The notes beneath the pieces were generated by a model. That model did not search any database, was not told the DNA's origin, and was given only the letters and a program-made list of their open reading frames with translations. Shown in pieces: positions 19,961 to 29,878 of a stretch of 64,000 nt of DNA. Made by a program: the position numbers and the translations under genes. Within the stretch, counting starts at the first letter, position 1; each line of letters opens with the position of its first letter. The DNA comes from Capsulimonadaceae bacterium (GTDB taxonomy: Bacteria > Armatimonadota > Armatimonadia > Armatimonadales > Capsulimonadaceae). Location of the stretch: NCBI GenBank assembly GCA_965215505.1, contig OZ244065.1, positions 768,001-832,000 of the forward strand. The letters are read 5' to 3'.

Positions 19961-20882
19961 TTTCGCTCTCTTCCACGGCTTCCATGTCCGCCGGGGGCGG
20001 CACGCGCCAGCGGTCATGCAGCCACAGCCATTGGTCCGGGTACTGCCGGACCACATCCTCAATGATTGCCGTGAGCTGCGTCATGATCCGCAGGATGTCA
20101 GCGTCCCGGTCGCCCGTGGACTCGGCGACTATGCCCGGACCCATGATTATCTTGTAAGTGCCGTCCGGCTGGCGCGGGCAGAAGATCGGCAGCAGCGTCG
20201 CGCCCGTCTTCAAGGCCAGCACGGCGGGTCCGGCGACGGTCCCGGCGAGTTTACCGAAGAACGGGACGAACACGTCTTCGGATTTCTGGTCGGGAACGAT
20301 GGCGATGCGGCCGTTCTCGCGCAGCGTCTTGAGCAGCGCGCGTGGCGACTCGCCGCGCGGATGGACCGTGTTGCCGCCGCTGCCGCGTATCCGGTCCGTC
20401 AGCGCGTTGAACTTCTCGTCCTCGCTCTGGCGGGCGATCACCAGGATCGGGTGCCCGGCCAGTGCCAGGTACTTCGCGCTCCACTCCCAGTTGCCCAGAT
20501 GGGCGGCGATGATGATGACACCTTTCCCGCGCGCCTCGGCGGCCTCCAGAGGCTCCATCGAGTCCAGCTTGACCCGCTCCTGAAGCTCGGCGAGAGTCAT
20601 GTCGGACCCCTTCAGGAACTCGACCAGCAGGGCGCGGGTGAAGTGCTGGAAGACGCGCTTGATCAGGCCCTGCCGCTGGTGTTCGGTGAGGGAGTCACCG
20701 TAGGCGATCTTGAGGTTCTTGTCGGCCACGTTCCGGTAGCGCCCGGACAGGTGATAGGCCAGAGTCCCCATCGAGGTCCCCCAGGCCAGAGCCGGCTTCC
20801 AGGGGACGCGGCGAAGGATGACGAACAGCATCCACAGCGCGTTCCTAGCGAAGCCCTGCCACAATTGTTTGCTGATACGCAT
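19932..20882 (-). CDS. lpxL: Lipid A late acyltransferase (LpxL/LpxP family)
   Basis: AHLGNWE (HxxxxE), VPDQ, VPFFG, YPDQWLWLHDRW motifs. Confidence 0.9.
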   Translation of the reverse strand: MRISKQLWQGFARNALWMLFVILRRVPWKPALAWGTSMGTLAYHLSGRYRNVADKNLKIAYGDSLTEHQRQGLIKRVFQHFTRALLVEFLKGSDMTLAELQERVKLDSMEPLEAAEARGKGVIIIAAHLGNWEWSAKYLALAGHPILVIARQSEDEKFNALTDRIRGSGGNTVHPRGESPRALLKTLRENGRIAIVPDQKSEDVFVPFFGKLAGTVAGPAVLALKTGATLLPIFCPRQPDGTYKIIMGPGIVAESTGDRDADILRIMTQLTAIIEDVVRQYPDQWLWLHDRWRVPPPADMEAVEESENAQAPAAAH

Positions 20883-20891
20883 ACGACGATA

Positions 20892-22040
20892 CTATCTCAA
20901 CCGGTCCATGACCCGTTCCATGAAACCCGCCTCATCCTCCACGGTCATCTCGATTCGCAGGGCGTAAAGGGGCAGATCCCACACCCCGCCCCCGCTCGCG
21001 TGGGGCCACTTCACGGCGTCTTTTTCCGTCATCACCAGCGCCTCGGCACCCGCCTGTACGGCGGCATCCATGGCGGTCCGCGCGTCGGAAGGGCTGATCT
21101 TGTGGTGGTCGGCCCACGCCCGGCTGCCGACGACTTCGACCCCCAGGTCGCGCGCAAGCGTCTCGATAAACGACTGCGGCTGGGCGATGGCGGAGGCGGC
21201 GAAGACGCGCCGACCGCCCAATGCGGAAAGCGGCTGCATTGGGGCCGACAGGTCATCGGCGGCGACCAGACCGGCAGCACGGTGGTCGGCGAAGAAAAGC
21301 GGCGCGTCCGGTGCCAGCGCAGCGACCCGTCCGGCCAAGTCCTGCCGCTCACCGGCCGTCAGCCCACCGGCGCGGGTGGCGACGACGACCCCGGCCCGGC
21401 GCAGGTGGCGCTTCGGCTCGCGAAGCAGGCCGCGCGGGAGCGGGAAGCCGTTGTCGAAGGGGCGGCGGGCATCCAGCAGCACGATGTCCATGTCCCGCTG
21501 AAGCTGCCAGAACTGAAAGCCGTCGTCAAGAATCAGAGTGTCCAGCCCGAAGCGGCGCATCGCCTCCCGGCCGGACTGCCGCCGGTCTTTGCCGACCAGG
21601 ACGGGGATGCCGGGCAGCGTCCGGGCGAGAAGGCAAGGCTCATCCCCGACCTGTTCCGTCGAAAGGGAGATTTCGCCTCCGTCCGAGACGACGCGGACGG
21701 AATGGCCCTCGCCGCCGTGTCCCCGGCTCAGGACCGCGACGCGCTTGCCCTGCCCCTGCAACCGTCGGCAGAGGAGCTGCGTCATGGGCGTCTTGCCCGT
21801 GCCGCCGACGGACAGGTTGCCGACGCTGATGACGGGGATCGGCAGCCGGTCCCGCCGACGCAGTCCCAGCCGCTCGCCCGCCAGATAGCCTTCCAACCCG
21901 GCGTCGTAGAGTGCCGCGCAGCCGCCGAGCAGCCCGCGCAGGGCGGCGGCGGCCGGGCCGGGCCGTCCCGGCTCGGCGATGACGCTCAGGACATAGTTTT
22001 CCGCGCTTTTGCCGTCTAGGCGCGACGCCAAAGGCCCCAC
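20892..22040 (-). CDS. lpxK: Tetraacyldisaccharide 4'-kinase
   Basis: PVISVGNLSVGGTGKTP, SRGHG, GDEP, LDDGFQ, PRGLLRE, MTEKDAVK. Start approximate (GTG 22040). Confidence 0.93.
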   Translation of the reverse strand: MGPLASRLDGKSAENYVLSVIAEPGRPGPAAAALRGLLGGCAALYDAGLEGYLAGERLGLRRRDRLPIPVISVGNLSVGGTGKTPMTQLLCRRLQGQGKRVAVLSRGHGGEGHSVRVVSDGGEISLSTEQVGDEPCLLARTLPGIPVLVGKDRRQSGREAMRRFGLDTLILDDGFQFWQLQRDMDIVLLDARRPFDNGFPLPRGLLREPKRHLRRAGVVVATRAGGLTAGERQDLAGRVAALAPDAPLFFADHRAAGLVAADDLSAPMQPLSALGGRRVFAASAIAQPQSFIETLARDLGVEVVGSRAWADHHKISPSDARTAMDAAVQAGAEALVMTEKDAVKWPHASGGGVWDLPLYALRIEMTVEDEAGFMERVMDRLR

Positions 22041-22711
22041 CCCGTCCGCGCCTTGCCATCCGGCTGGACCGCGCCGACCTCGCGCTCGGCCTGGTCTTCC
22101 AGGGCGGTGATCGCCGCGCCGACGCGGTCGGCCCATAGCTTCTGGTCCGCCTCGCTCCGGGCGTCAGCCGGGATGTGGATCGGCTCGCCGTAGATCCAGA
22201 CGACACGGGCGAACGGCAGCGGGACCATGTACTTGTCCCAGGCGGGCATCAGCTTTCGCGGGTAGGCGCTGATGCCGGACGGGATGATAGGCGAGCCGGA
22301 CTTCTGGGCGAGGAAGATCGCCCCCGGCTGGACGACGTGGCTCGGCCCGCGCGGGCCGTCCGGGGTGTGCGCCAGAGTGGCCCCCGCTTTGAGGTGCCGG
22401 GTCATGGTCAGGGCGGCCTGCACCGCGCCGCGCGCCGAGGTCGAGCCGCGCACCGTGTTGATGCCGCACCTCTGGAAGAGGCGGTTCTGTAACTCGCCGT
22501 CACGCGACGTCGAAACCATCGCCCAGTACCCCCGGTTGCGGAAGAAGGCGATGGGCATGAAGGTCCGCCCGTGCCAGGAGACGAGGATGACGCCTTTGCC
22601 GGCCTGCTGGGCGGCACGCACATGGTCCTCACCGGTGATCCGCACACGCAGAGTCGCGGACAGCAGCCGGACGATCCAGTAGGCCAGGAATGGGATGAAA
22701 CGCTGTTTCAT
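22016..22711 (-). CDS. DUF374 lysophospholipid acyltransferase family (LpxJ-like)
   Basis: WHGR, STSRDGE, VRGST, TPDGPRGP, WDKYMVPLPF motifs. Confidence 0.88.
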   Translation of the reverse strand: MKQRFIPFLAYWIVRLLSATLRVRITGEDHVRAAQQAGKGVILVSWHGRTFMPIAFFRNRGYWAMVSTSRDGELQNRLFQRCGINTVRGSTSARGAVQAALTMTRHLKAGATLAHTPDGPRGPSHVVQPGAIFLAQKSGSPIIPSGISAYPRKLMPAWDKYMVPLPFARVVWIYGEPIHIPADARSEADQKLWADRVGAAITALEDQAEREVGAVQPDGKARTGWGLWRRA

Positions 22712-22733
22712 GGTGAGACTTTTCCGTCCGCCC

Positions 22734-24602
22734 TTAAGGCAGCGCGGGCACCGCGCGGCTAGGGTCCAGGCGTTCCTCGTCTTCCCCCGTGTCTCGGCTC
22801 GCGTCGTCTTCGCCCGCGTCCTTCCAGGGGAACTTCTTCTCGTGGAACCGCTCGTACAGGTGCCGGTACAGGCCGTCTGGGCGGCGCATCAGCTCGTTAT
22901 GGGTCCCACTCTCGACGATGCGCCCGGCCTCCATGACCAGTATCTTGTGCGCGTTCTGGATGGTGGAGAGCCGATGCGCGATCACCAGGGTCGTCCGCCC
23001 GCGCATCAGTGTTTCCAAAGCCTCCTGCACCACCTTCTCGGACTCGGCATCCAGGGCGGATGTCGCCTCGTCCAATATCAGGATGCGCGGGTCTTTCAGC
23101 AGGGCGCGTGCGATGGCGATGCGCTGCCGCTGCCCGCCCGAAACCTGCTTGCCGCGCTCCCCGACGAGTGTGGCGTAGCCGTCCGGCATGATGGCGGGGT
23201 TCGTGATGAAGGAGTGGGCATTTGCCGCCCGCGCCGCCGCCTCGATCATGCCGTCTGTCGCGAGCGGGTTGCCATACGCGATATTGTCGCGGATCGTCCC
23301 GCCGAACAGCACCGTCTCCTGCGGCACAATGGCGATCTGACGCCGCAGTGAATCGAGAGTGACGCGGCGCAGATCGTGACCGTCCACGCGGATGGCTCCG
23401 CCCTGCGGGTCGTAGAAACGCGGGATCAAGTCGGCGATGGTACTCTTGCCCGCGCCGGACGAGCCGACGACGGCGACGACCTCACCGGGACTCATCGTGA
23501 ACGAGATGTCGCGGAGGACGGGCGTGTCCGGGTTATAAGCGAAGGCGACGTGGTCGAACTCCACACTGCCGGTCACTTCGGGAAGCATGACCGCCTCCGG
23601 CGCGTCCTCGATCTCCGAGCGGACATCCAGGACATTCTCGAAGATGCGCCCGCTCCCGGCCTGAATCTGCTCCCAGGTGACTTTCGCCCCGCCCAGACCG
23701 CCCACGCCTTTCGCGATCAGGTTGAGCGTGAACACGAACGTGCCGACTTGTCCCAGCGTCAGCTCATTGCCGGCAACCATGTGTCCGGCCACCCACAGCG
23801 CGAAGGCGATGCCGAACGCGCCGATCAGGTCGTTGGTCGGCTTGATGCGTGCGGCCTGACGAACGACGGCCATGCTGAAGTCCTTCGCGGCCCGGTTCTC
23901 CTCCTGGAACTTCCGGACGGTGTGCTTCTCCGCGCCAAACGATTGGATGATGCGGATGCCGCTGAGAGTCTCCTCCATCAGCGTGTTCAGGTCGGCGAGT
24001 TTGTTCTGCGTGTCCCCGGTCGAGCGGCGGATGCGGCGGGTCAGCATGTTGATGCTGTAGGCCATCAGGGGGAACGCGACCAGCGCGATGAGAGACAGTT
24101 TGACCGAGATGAGGAAGATGCCGACCAGCCCGCCGACGACATAGAAGGGCGCGGGGGCGAGGTCCTTCAGCCCGGAGATGGCCTGCTGGAGCAGGGGGAC
24201 ATCGTTGTTCATCGTGGACATCAGCGCGCCGGTCCGCTGCCGATTGAAGAAGTTCAGCGACAGACCCTGGAGGTGGTTGTAGATGCGGTTCCGCAGGCGC
24301 AGCCCGAGCCTCTGCCCGGCCTCGGAGAAGAGAACCATGTCGCCGTAGGTGAGGAACCAGCGCAGAGCGTAGATGCCGATGATCGCCAGGCTGACGAGGT
24401 TCAGGCGGTGCAGCTCGACAGCATCCACCTTGCTGACGGCGGCCTGATTCGCCGAATCAATGAACGGCTTCAGCAGACTCGCGACCGCGCCGTCTGTAGA
24501 GGCGACCCCGGCGGCGCAGAGCAGCGCCCCAATCAAGTACCAGCGGTCCTGCTTCATGTAGGGCCAGAGCAGGTTCCATATGCGGCGTGGTGGCAGTGTC
24601 AT
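22734..24602 (-). CDS. msbA: Lipid A-core ABC exporter
   Basis: ABC TM domain plus GSSGAGKST, SGGQRQRIAIARA, ILDEATSALD; position within the lpx cluster. Confidence 0.9.
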   Translation of the reverse strand: MTLPPRRIWNLLWPYMKQDRWYLIGALLCAAGVASTDGAVASLLKPFIDSANQAAVSKVDAVELHRLNLVSLAIIGIYALRWFLTYGDMVLFSEAGQRLGLRLRNRIYNHLQGLSLNFFNRQRTGALMSTMNNDVPLLQQAISGLKDLAPAPFYVVGGLVGIFLISVKLSLIALVAFPLMAYSINMLTRRIRRSTGDTQNKLADLNTLMEETLSGIRIIQSFGAEKHTVRKFQEENRAAKDFSMAVVRQAARIKPTNDLIGAFGIAFALWVAGHMVAGNELTLGQVGTFVFTLNLIAKGVGGLGGAKVTWEQIQAGSGRIFENVLDVRSEIEDAPEAVMLPEVTGSVEFDHVAFAYNPDTPVLRDISFTMSPGEVVAVVGSSGAGKSTIADLIPRFYDPQGGAIRVDGHDLRRVTLDSLRRQIAIVPQETVLFGGTIRDNIAYGNPLATDGMIEAAARAANAHSFITNPAIMPDGYATLVGERGKQVSGGQRQRIAIARALLKDPRILILDEATSALDAESEKVVQEALETLMRGRTTLVIAHRLSTIQNAHKILVMEAGRIVESGTHNELMRRPDGLYRHLYERFHEKKFPWKDAGEDDASRDTGEDEERLDPSRAVPALP

Positions 24603-24608
24603 GGTGTC

Positions 24609-25244
24609 CTAGTGTACCAGAAAAGGCAGCCTGAGAAACCGCAGGCTCAGAAGGAGGACAAAGATCAAGGCGAACGTGGCCGAAGTCTGTTCGCGGTTTT
24701 TGAGGGCCTGCGCCCACTCGAAGCGGCCCGCGCCGGTCGTGCGCGGCAGGGGCGAGGGCAGAAGGCGCGGCACGCGGCGCACATAATCCAGGTAGGGGGC
24801 ACCGAACTTGGCCGTCAGGAACGCCTCCTCGTAGAAGATGGCGGCGAGGTGGAAGACCAGGAACAGGGCCACCATCAGGCCGACGCCCCACAGGCCCAGG
24901 CCGGAGATCAGGCCGTAGCCGACGGCCAGCAGCAGGGACCCGAAGTAGAGGGGGTTGCGGACGTAGGCGTAAGGCCCGCCCGTGGCGATCTCGGCGTCTT
25001 TGGCGATGTACCCCGCCGACCAGAAGCGGACGATCTCGCCCAGGACGACGAGGCCTACGCCCGCTCCGTAGGCGGCCCAGCCGCCGTAATCCCGGTGCAA
25101 CGTCAGCGACAGGGCCAGCAGCAGTAGGGGGACGAGCCAGGTGAAGACGGTACGGCGGCGCACGAGGAACGGCGGCTTCATTGTTGGTGAAGGATTGTTT
25201 TCAGGCGAAAGTTTGTCGGACACGGGGTTCTCGGATCGGGTCAT
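24609..25244 (-). CDS. Isoprenylcysteine carboxyl methyltransferase (ICMT/Ste14/PEMT) family membrane methyltransferase; candidate lipid A methyltransferase
   Basis: Multiple TM segments; ATGGPYAYVRNPLYFG and EEAFLTAKFGAPYLDYVRRVPR signature motifs. Confidence 0.85.
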   Translation of the reverse strand: MTRSENPVSDKLSPENNPSPTMKPPFLVRRRTVFTWLVPLLLLALSLTLHRDYGGWAAYGAGVGLVVLGEIVRFWSAGYIAKDAEIATGGPYAYVRNPLYFGSLLLAVGYGLISGLGLWGVGLMVALFLVFHLAAIFYEEAFLTAKFGAPYLDYVRRVPRLLPSPLPRTTGAGRFEWAQALKNREQTSATFALIFVLLLSLRFLRLPFLVH

Positions 25245-26656
25245 AATGTTTTGTCGGGTTCGGTGGCCGACGGCGGCGCGGCGATGAGGTCCAGGAGCAG
25301 CGCGGCGGCACGGCGGACGCCTCCAGGCCGGCCGAGGCTGTCTTCAATCAGGACGTTCAGGCGCTCCTTCAGCTTCAGGATGCGCTCCGGCTCCAGCAGC
25401 ATCTCCACGGCCAGGGCGGAGATCGCCTCGGGGGTGGCATACGGCCCCAGCAGCTCGGCGACCAGGCGTTCCCCGGCCAGGATGTTCGGCATCCCCAGGT
25501 GGACGATGCCGTGCGACCCCGACCGCAGGAGGAACTCCAGGGACTGGAGCAGCGAGCCACGGTAGACGATGACCATGGGCTTGCGGAGGATCATCGCCTC
25601 CAGAGTCGCGGTGCCGGACTTGGTCAGGACCACATCGGCCCGCGCCAGGACGTCCCAGGTCAGGCCCGCCGCGATCACGATGGGCGCGGGTCCGGCGGGC
25701 GGGGCGCTCGGCGCGTGCAGGTCCTCGTCGGCGCGCGGCGGCGGCACGGTCACGCCCTCGTTGGTGGCGAGCTGCGGGGTCGGCATCAGGCCGTGGGCGA
25801 ACCGGGCCAGCCGGTCGCTCGCCCGTGCCGCCATGGTTTGGAGGCCCGCGCCGCGCCCGCCGGCCGCCTGCGCCCGCCGGATGATCCCTTCGGCCAGGGG
25901 CTGCCAGGTCGGCGAGGTCAGCGCGAGGACGAACTGGACGCCGGGGATTCGGCGGCTGATCTCGCCGGCCGCGCCGACCAGGGCGGGCAGGATGTGGCGG
26001 ATCTCGCCCCGCCGGCTCCCTGGCAGGAGGGCGACGATGGGGCGGGCCGGGTCCAGGCCGAACCGCTCATAGAAATCGGCGTCGGGCAGGGCCGGCTTGA
26101 CCAGGTCCAGCAGCGGGTGGCCGACGAAATGGGCGTCCGCCCCCTCGGCCCGCAGTAGCGCCTCCGACCAGGGGAAGGGCGTCACGATGCGGTCGGTCAG
26201 CACCGCCAGGCTCTTCGCGCGGGGGCGCGGCACGGCCTGACGCCGCCACGATCCGGGCGGGAAGTAGTAGAAGACCGGACAGACCGCGTGTTTCTTGATC
26301 CAGCGCGCCAGCTTCACGTTGAACGCGCCCGCGTCTATGAGGACCAGCACGTCGGGCGGGTCGCGCCGCAAGGCGCGCTCCATCTCCCACAGCACCCAGT
26401 ACATGCCGGGGATCTTCGGCAGGGTGTCCGCGATGCCGATGGACGCCCACGGGTCGCTGTCGTGGCGCACCTGGAAGCCCGCTTCGGCCAGGAAATGGCC
26501 ACCGATGCCCCAGGCCTCCACGGTGCGCGGATGCACCATCGCGCGCAGGGCCGTCAGCAGGGCCGCGCCTTGCCGGTCACCGGACGGCTCCCCGGCCACC
26601 ATGGCGATTCTTAGCGGCTTTAACGACGCCTCGGACACGCGCGTACCCTCCCTCAC
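25241..26656 (-). CDS. lpxB: Lipid-A-disaccharide synthase with internal insertion
   Basis: VAGEPSGD, FVGHPLLD, LLPGSRRGEI, KSGTATLE, GMPNILAG motifs. Confidence 0.93.
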   Translation of the reverse strand: MREGTRVSEASLKPLRIAMVAGEPSGDRQGAALLTALRAMVHPRTVEAWGIGGHFLAEAGFQVRHDSDPWASIGIADTLPKIPGMYWVLWEMERALRRDPPDVLVLIDAGAFNVKLARWIKKHAVCPVFYYFPPGSWRRQAVPRPRAKSLAVLTDRIVTPFPWSEALLRAEGADAHFVGHPLLDLVKPALPDADFYERFGLDPARPIVALLPGSRRGEIRHILPALVGAAGEISRRIPGVQFVLALTSPTWQPLAEGIIRRAQAAGGRGAGLQTMAARASDRLARFAHGLMPTPQLATNEGVTVPPPRADEDLHAPSAPPAGPAPIVIAAGLTWDVLARADVVLTKSGTATLEAMILRKPMVIVYRGSLLQSLEFLLRSGSHGIVHLGMPNILAGERLVAELLGPYATPEAISALAVEMLLEPERILKLKERLNVLIEDSLGRPGGVRRAAALLLDLIAAPPSATEPDKTL

Positions 26657-27447
26657 TGCCGGGGCGCGTCGTTCTGGCGGCCGTTCGAGCCGAAGCGGAT
26701 GTTGCGGATGAAGTCCACCAAATAATCCCGTTCCGGGCTGGGGGCGACCTCGTTGTCGATCGTCTCGATGGCCTGGGACATGTTCATCTGCGAGCGGTAC
26801 AGCAGCTTGTAAGCCTGCTTGAGATCGGCGCGGACGGGCGAGGAGACGCCCGAGCGGCGCAGGCCGATGACGTTCAGGTCCAGCACCTTACAGGGCCTTC
26901 CGTCGGCCATCATGAAGGGGGGGATGTCCTGGACCACCTTGGAGTAGCCGCCGACCATCGCCAGCCGTCCGATTCGCACGAACTGATGGACGCCGACGAA
27001 GCCGCCGAAGTTCACCCGCTCCTCCACCTCGACGTAGCCCGAGATGCCGGTCATGTTCGCCATCGTGATGCCGCTGCCGATGCGGCAGTTGTGGCCGATG
27101 TGGGAGTAGGCCATGATGAGGTTGTCGTCGCCGATGCGGGTCTCGTTCCCCGCGCCGGCCGCGCGGTGGATGGTGACGTGTTCGCGGATGATGTTGTTGT
27201 CGCCGATGACCAGGAAACTTTTTTCGCCTTTGAACTTCCGGTCCTGCGGGATGCCGCCCAGGACGGCTCCGGGGAAGATGTCGCAGGCGCTGCCGAGGGT
27301 GACGTAAGGCTCGATGACGACGTGCGGGCGCAGGCGCGTCCCGGCCCCGATGGCGGCCTCGGCCCCGACCACGGCGTAGGCACCGATCTCGACATCATCG
27401 CCGAGGACCGCGCTGGGATCAATGCTGGCTGTAGGGTGGATCTTCAT
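26653..27447 (-). CDS. lpxA: UDP-N-acetylglucosamine acyltransferase
   Basis: IHPTA, PQDRKF, REHVTIHR, HIGHNC, VHQFVRIG, GLRRSG; hexapeptide repeats. Confidence 0.95.
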   Translation of the reverse strand: MKIHPTASIDPSAVLGDDVEIGAYAVVGAEAAIGAGTRLRPHVVIEPYVTLGSACDIFPGAVLGGIPQDRKFKGEKSFLVIGDNNIIREHVTIHRAAGAGNETRIGDDNLIMAYSHIGHNCRIGSGITMANMTGISGYVEVEERVNFGGFVGVHQFVRIGRLAMVGGYSKVVQDIPPFMMADGRPCKVLDLNVIGLRRSGVSSPVRADLKQAYKLLYRSQMNMSQAIETIDNEVAPSPERDYLVDFIRNIRFGSNGRQNDAPRQ

Positions 27448-27533
27448 GCAGGGATGGTGTCTCTTCCGCGTGGACGAACAAGGGTTGACGAACTGGAAAC
27501 GATCGGGCGTCCGAAAAGGGTCTGCCGGAGGTG

Positions 27534-27971
27534 CTAGAAAGAGTCAACCAGCGCGAACATGATCTGCGCCACCGCCACTTCCTGGCCCCCCACGCGGGCG
27601 ACGCAGCGCACCTTGCCCATGTTGCTGCGGACGCGCAGCAGCTCGGTCTCCATCTCCAGGGTGTCGCCGGGGACGATGGGGCGGCGGAACTTGACCCCGT
27701 CCAGAGTCCCCAGGTAGGCCAGCTTGCCCTTGTGTTCCTCCACCGAGAGGATCATCACCCCGCCGACCTGCGCCATCGCTTCGATGATCAGGACCCCCGG
27801 CATGACGGCGCGCTGCGGGAAGTGTCCCTGGAAGAACGGCTCGTTGGCCGTCACGTTCTTGATCCCGACGGCCCGCTTGCCCGGCTCCAGCTCCAGTATC
27901 CGGTCCACCAGCAGGAACGGATAGCGGTGCGGCAGGATTTTCTTGATGTCGTCTATCTCAAGTACAGGCAA
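27534..27971 (-). CDS. fabZ: 3-hydroxyacyl-ACP dehydratase
   Basis: LPHRYPFLLVD, FFQGHFP, MPGVLIIEAMAQ motifs; TTG start with GAGGAG SD. Confidence 0.96.
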   Translation of the reverse strand: MPVLEIDDIKKILPHRYPFLLVDRILELEPGKRAVGIKNVTANEPFFQGHFPQRAVMPGVLIIEAMAQVGGVMILSVEEHKGKLAYLGTLDGVKFRRPIVPGDTLEMETELLRVRSNMGKVRCVARVGGQEVAVAQIMFALVDSF

Positions 27972-28004
27972 AATTGTCTCCTCTGAGGACTCTACGATGC
28001 GGTT

Positions 28005-28829
28005 CTACGATAGCAGGCGCGCGAGGCGCACGTTCAGTGTGTGGCTGGGCTTGATGGCGATGATGTGCGCTTGCAGCGGCTGGCCGACCAGCGCCAGGTC
28101 GCCGATCAGGTCGAGCAGCTTGTGACGGGCCAGCTCGTTCAGGAAACGCAGCCCGTTCAGACAATCTCCCATGTCGTTTAACACGATGGCGTTCTCGTAA
28201 GAGGCACCCAGACCCAGGCCGTGCGCGCGCAGCGTCTCGATCTCCGACAGGAAGCCGAAAGTGCGCGCGGGCGCGATCTCCCGGCCGTAGTCTTCCGAGG
28301 CCGGGTCAAAAGTGACGCCCTGCGTACCGATCGCCGGGCGGTCGGGGTAGTCCAGCACGACGGTCACATGGAACCGGTCGGCGGGCATGACGACTATGGT
28401 TGAGCCGCCCTCGGCCACCATCTCGGGCCGCCCGAAAGTCATGGCGCTGACGGTCGTTCCCTGCTCGCGCAGGCCCGCCTCGCGGATGAGCGCGACGAAC
28501 GGGGCAGCGCTGCCGTCCCCGGCGGGCATCTCCCCGCCCTCGGTCTCGATCACGGCGTCGTCCACGCCCAGGCCGGCCAGGGCCGAAAGGACATGCTCGA
28601 CGGTCTGGACCTCCACGCCATTCAGCCCCAGCCGTGTGCAGCGGGAGGTGTCGGTGACGTTCGCGGCGCGGGCGGGTATCTCCCGTCCACTCCGCTTGTC
28701 CCGGAAGGCCAGCCCGGACCCCGAAGGGGCGGGGTGGAAACGGACGGAGGCGTCGGCCCCGGAATGCAGGCCGACGCCTTCATGGACTCGACTGGGGACG
28801 GTCAGCGTGACGCGCGGGCGCTCCGTCAC
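28005..28829 (-). CDS. lpxC: UDP-3-O-acyl-GlcNAc deacetylase
   Basis: [37 protein letters not shown] motifs. Confidence 0.95.
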   Translation of the reverse strand: MTERPRVTLTVPSRVHEGVGLHSGADASVRFHPAPSGSGLAFRDKRSGREIPARAANVTDTSRCTRLGLNGVEVQTVEHVLSALAGLGVDDAVIETEGGEMPAGDGSAAPFVALIREAGLREQGTTVSAMTFGRPEMVAEGGSTIVVMPADRFHVTVVLDYPDRPAIGTQGVTFDPASEDYGREIAPARTFGFLSEIETLRAHGLGLGASYENAIVLNDMGDCLNGLRFLNELARHKLLDLIGDLALVGQPLQAHIIAIKPSHTLNVRLARLLS

Positions 28830-29878
28830 CGGTCCTGCCCTTTTTCTTTTTCCAGGGCGGCCAGGCGCTCCTCCAAGTCCTTGATCTGCCGGTTCATCTC
28901 GGGCAGCTTGCCGTAGAGGGCCTGCGAGCGCATCTCCTGCCCATGCGGGCGGGCATACATGCCGGAGACGAACGACTGCGGCGGCACGTCGCTGATGATG
29001 CCGGCCTTGGCGGCGACGATGGTGCCGTCCCCGATGGTGACGTGGTCCTTGACGCCGACCTGGCCGGCCAGGATGACGCCGTCGCCGATGTCCACGCTGC
29101 CCGAGACGCCGACCTGGGCGACGATCACGCAGTTCTTGCCCACGGTGACGTTGTGGCCGATGTGAACCAGGTTGTCTATTTTGGTGCCCATCCCGATGCG
29201 GGTCGAGCCGGTCCGAGCCTTGTCAATGGTGACGTTCGCGCCGATTTCGACGTCGTCCTCGACGATGACACGGCCGATCTGCGGGATCTTGTAGTGGCGG
29301 TTCTCGATGAACATGTAGCCGAAGCCGTCCGTGCCCAGGACGCTGCCGCTGTGGATGACGACGGCGTTCCCGATCTCGGTGTCGTCGTGCAGGACGACAT
29401 GTGGGTAGATCACACAGTTGTCGCCGACGGTGACGTTGTCGCCGACATAGACGAACGGGTAGATGACGCAGTTCTCGCCCAGGCGCACGTTGTCGCCGAT
29501 CACGGCCAGCGCGTGGACCGATGCGTTGCGCCCGAAGGAGACGTTCTCGCCGATGACGGCGGTCGGGTGGATGCCCTTGTAGACCTTCGGCTCGGGCGCG
29601 AAGATGCGGAGGACCTGGGCGAAGGCGAAGCGCGGGTTCTTGACGCGGATCAGCGGCTTGCCGCCCGAACGCTCGGCGGACACGGGGCTGTTGGCGTGGG
29701 CGATCACGGCGGAAGCCCGCGAGCGGCCCGCGCTGGTCAGCAGCTTGTCGTTCTCGGCGAACGTGATGTCGCCGTCCTGCGCGTCCTCGATGCTGGAGAT
29801 GCCCCGGATGGCGATGGAACCATCGCCCTCCACCGCGCCCTCAATGAGCGCGGCCAGTTGTCCCACGGTTGTTTGCAA
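28826..29878 (-). CDS. lpxD: UDP-3-O-acylglucosamine N-acyltransferase
   Basis: [32 protein letters not shown] motifs; TTG start with TAAGGAG SD. Confidence 0.95.
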   Translation of the reverse strand: MQTTVGQLAALIEGAVEGDGSIAIRGISSIEDAQDGDITFAENDKLLTSAGRSRASAVIAHANSPVSAERSGGKPLIRVKNPRFAFAQVLRIFAPEPKVYKGIHPTAVIGENVSFGRNASVHALAVIGDNVRLGENCVIYPFVYVGDNVTVGDNCVIYPHVVLHDDTEIGNAVVIHSGSVLGTDGFGYMFIENRHYKIPQIGRVIVEDDVEIGANVTIDKARTGSTRIGMGTKIDNLVHIGHNVTVGKNCVIVAQVGVSGSVDIGDGVILAGQVGVKDHVTIGDGTIVAAKAGIISDVPPQSFVSGMYARPHGQEMRSQALYGKLPEMNRQIKDLEERLAALEKEKGQDR

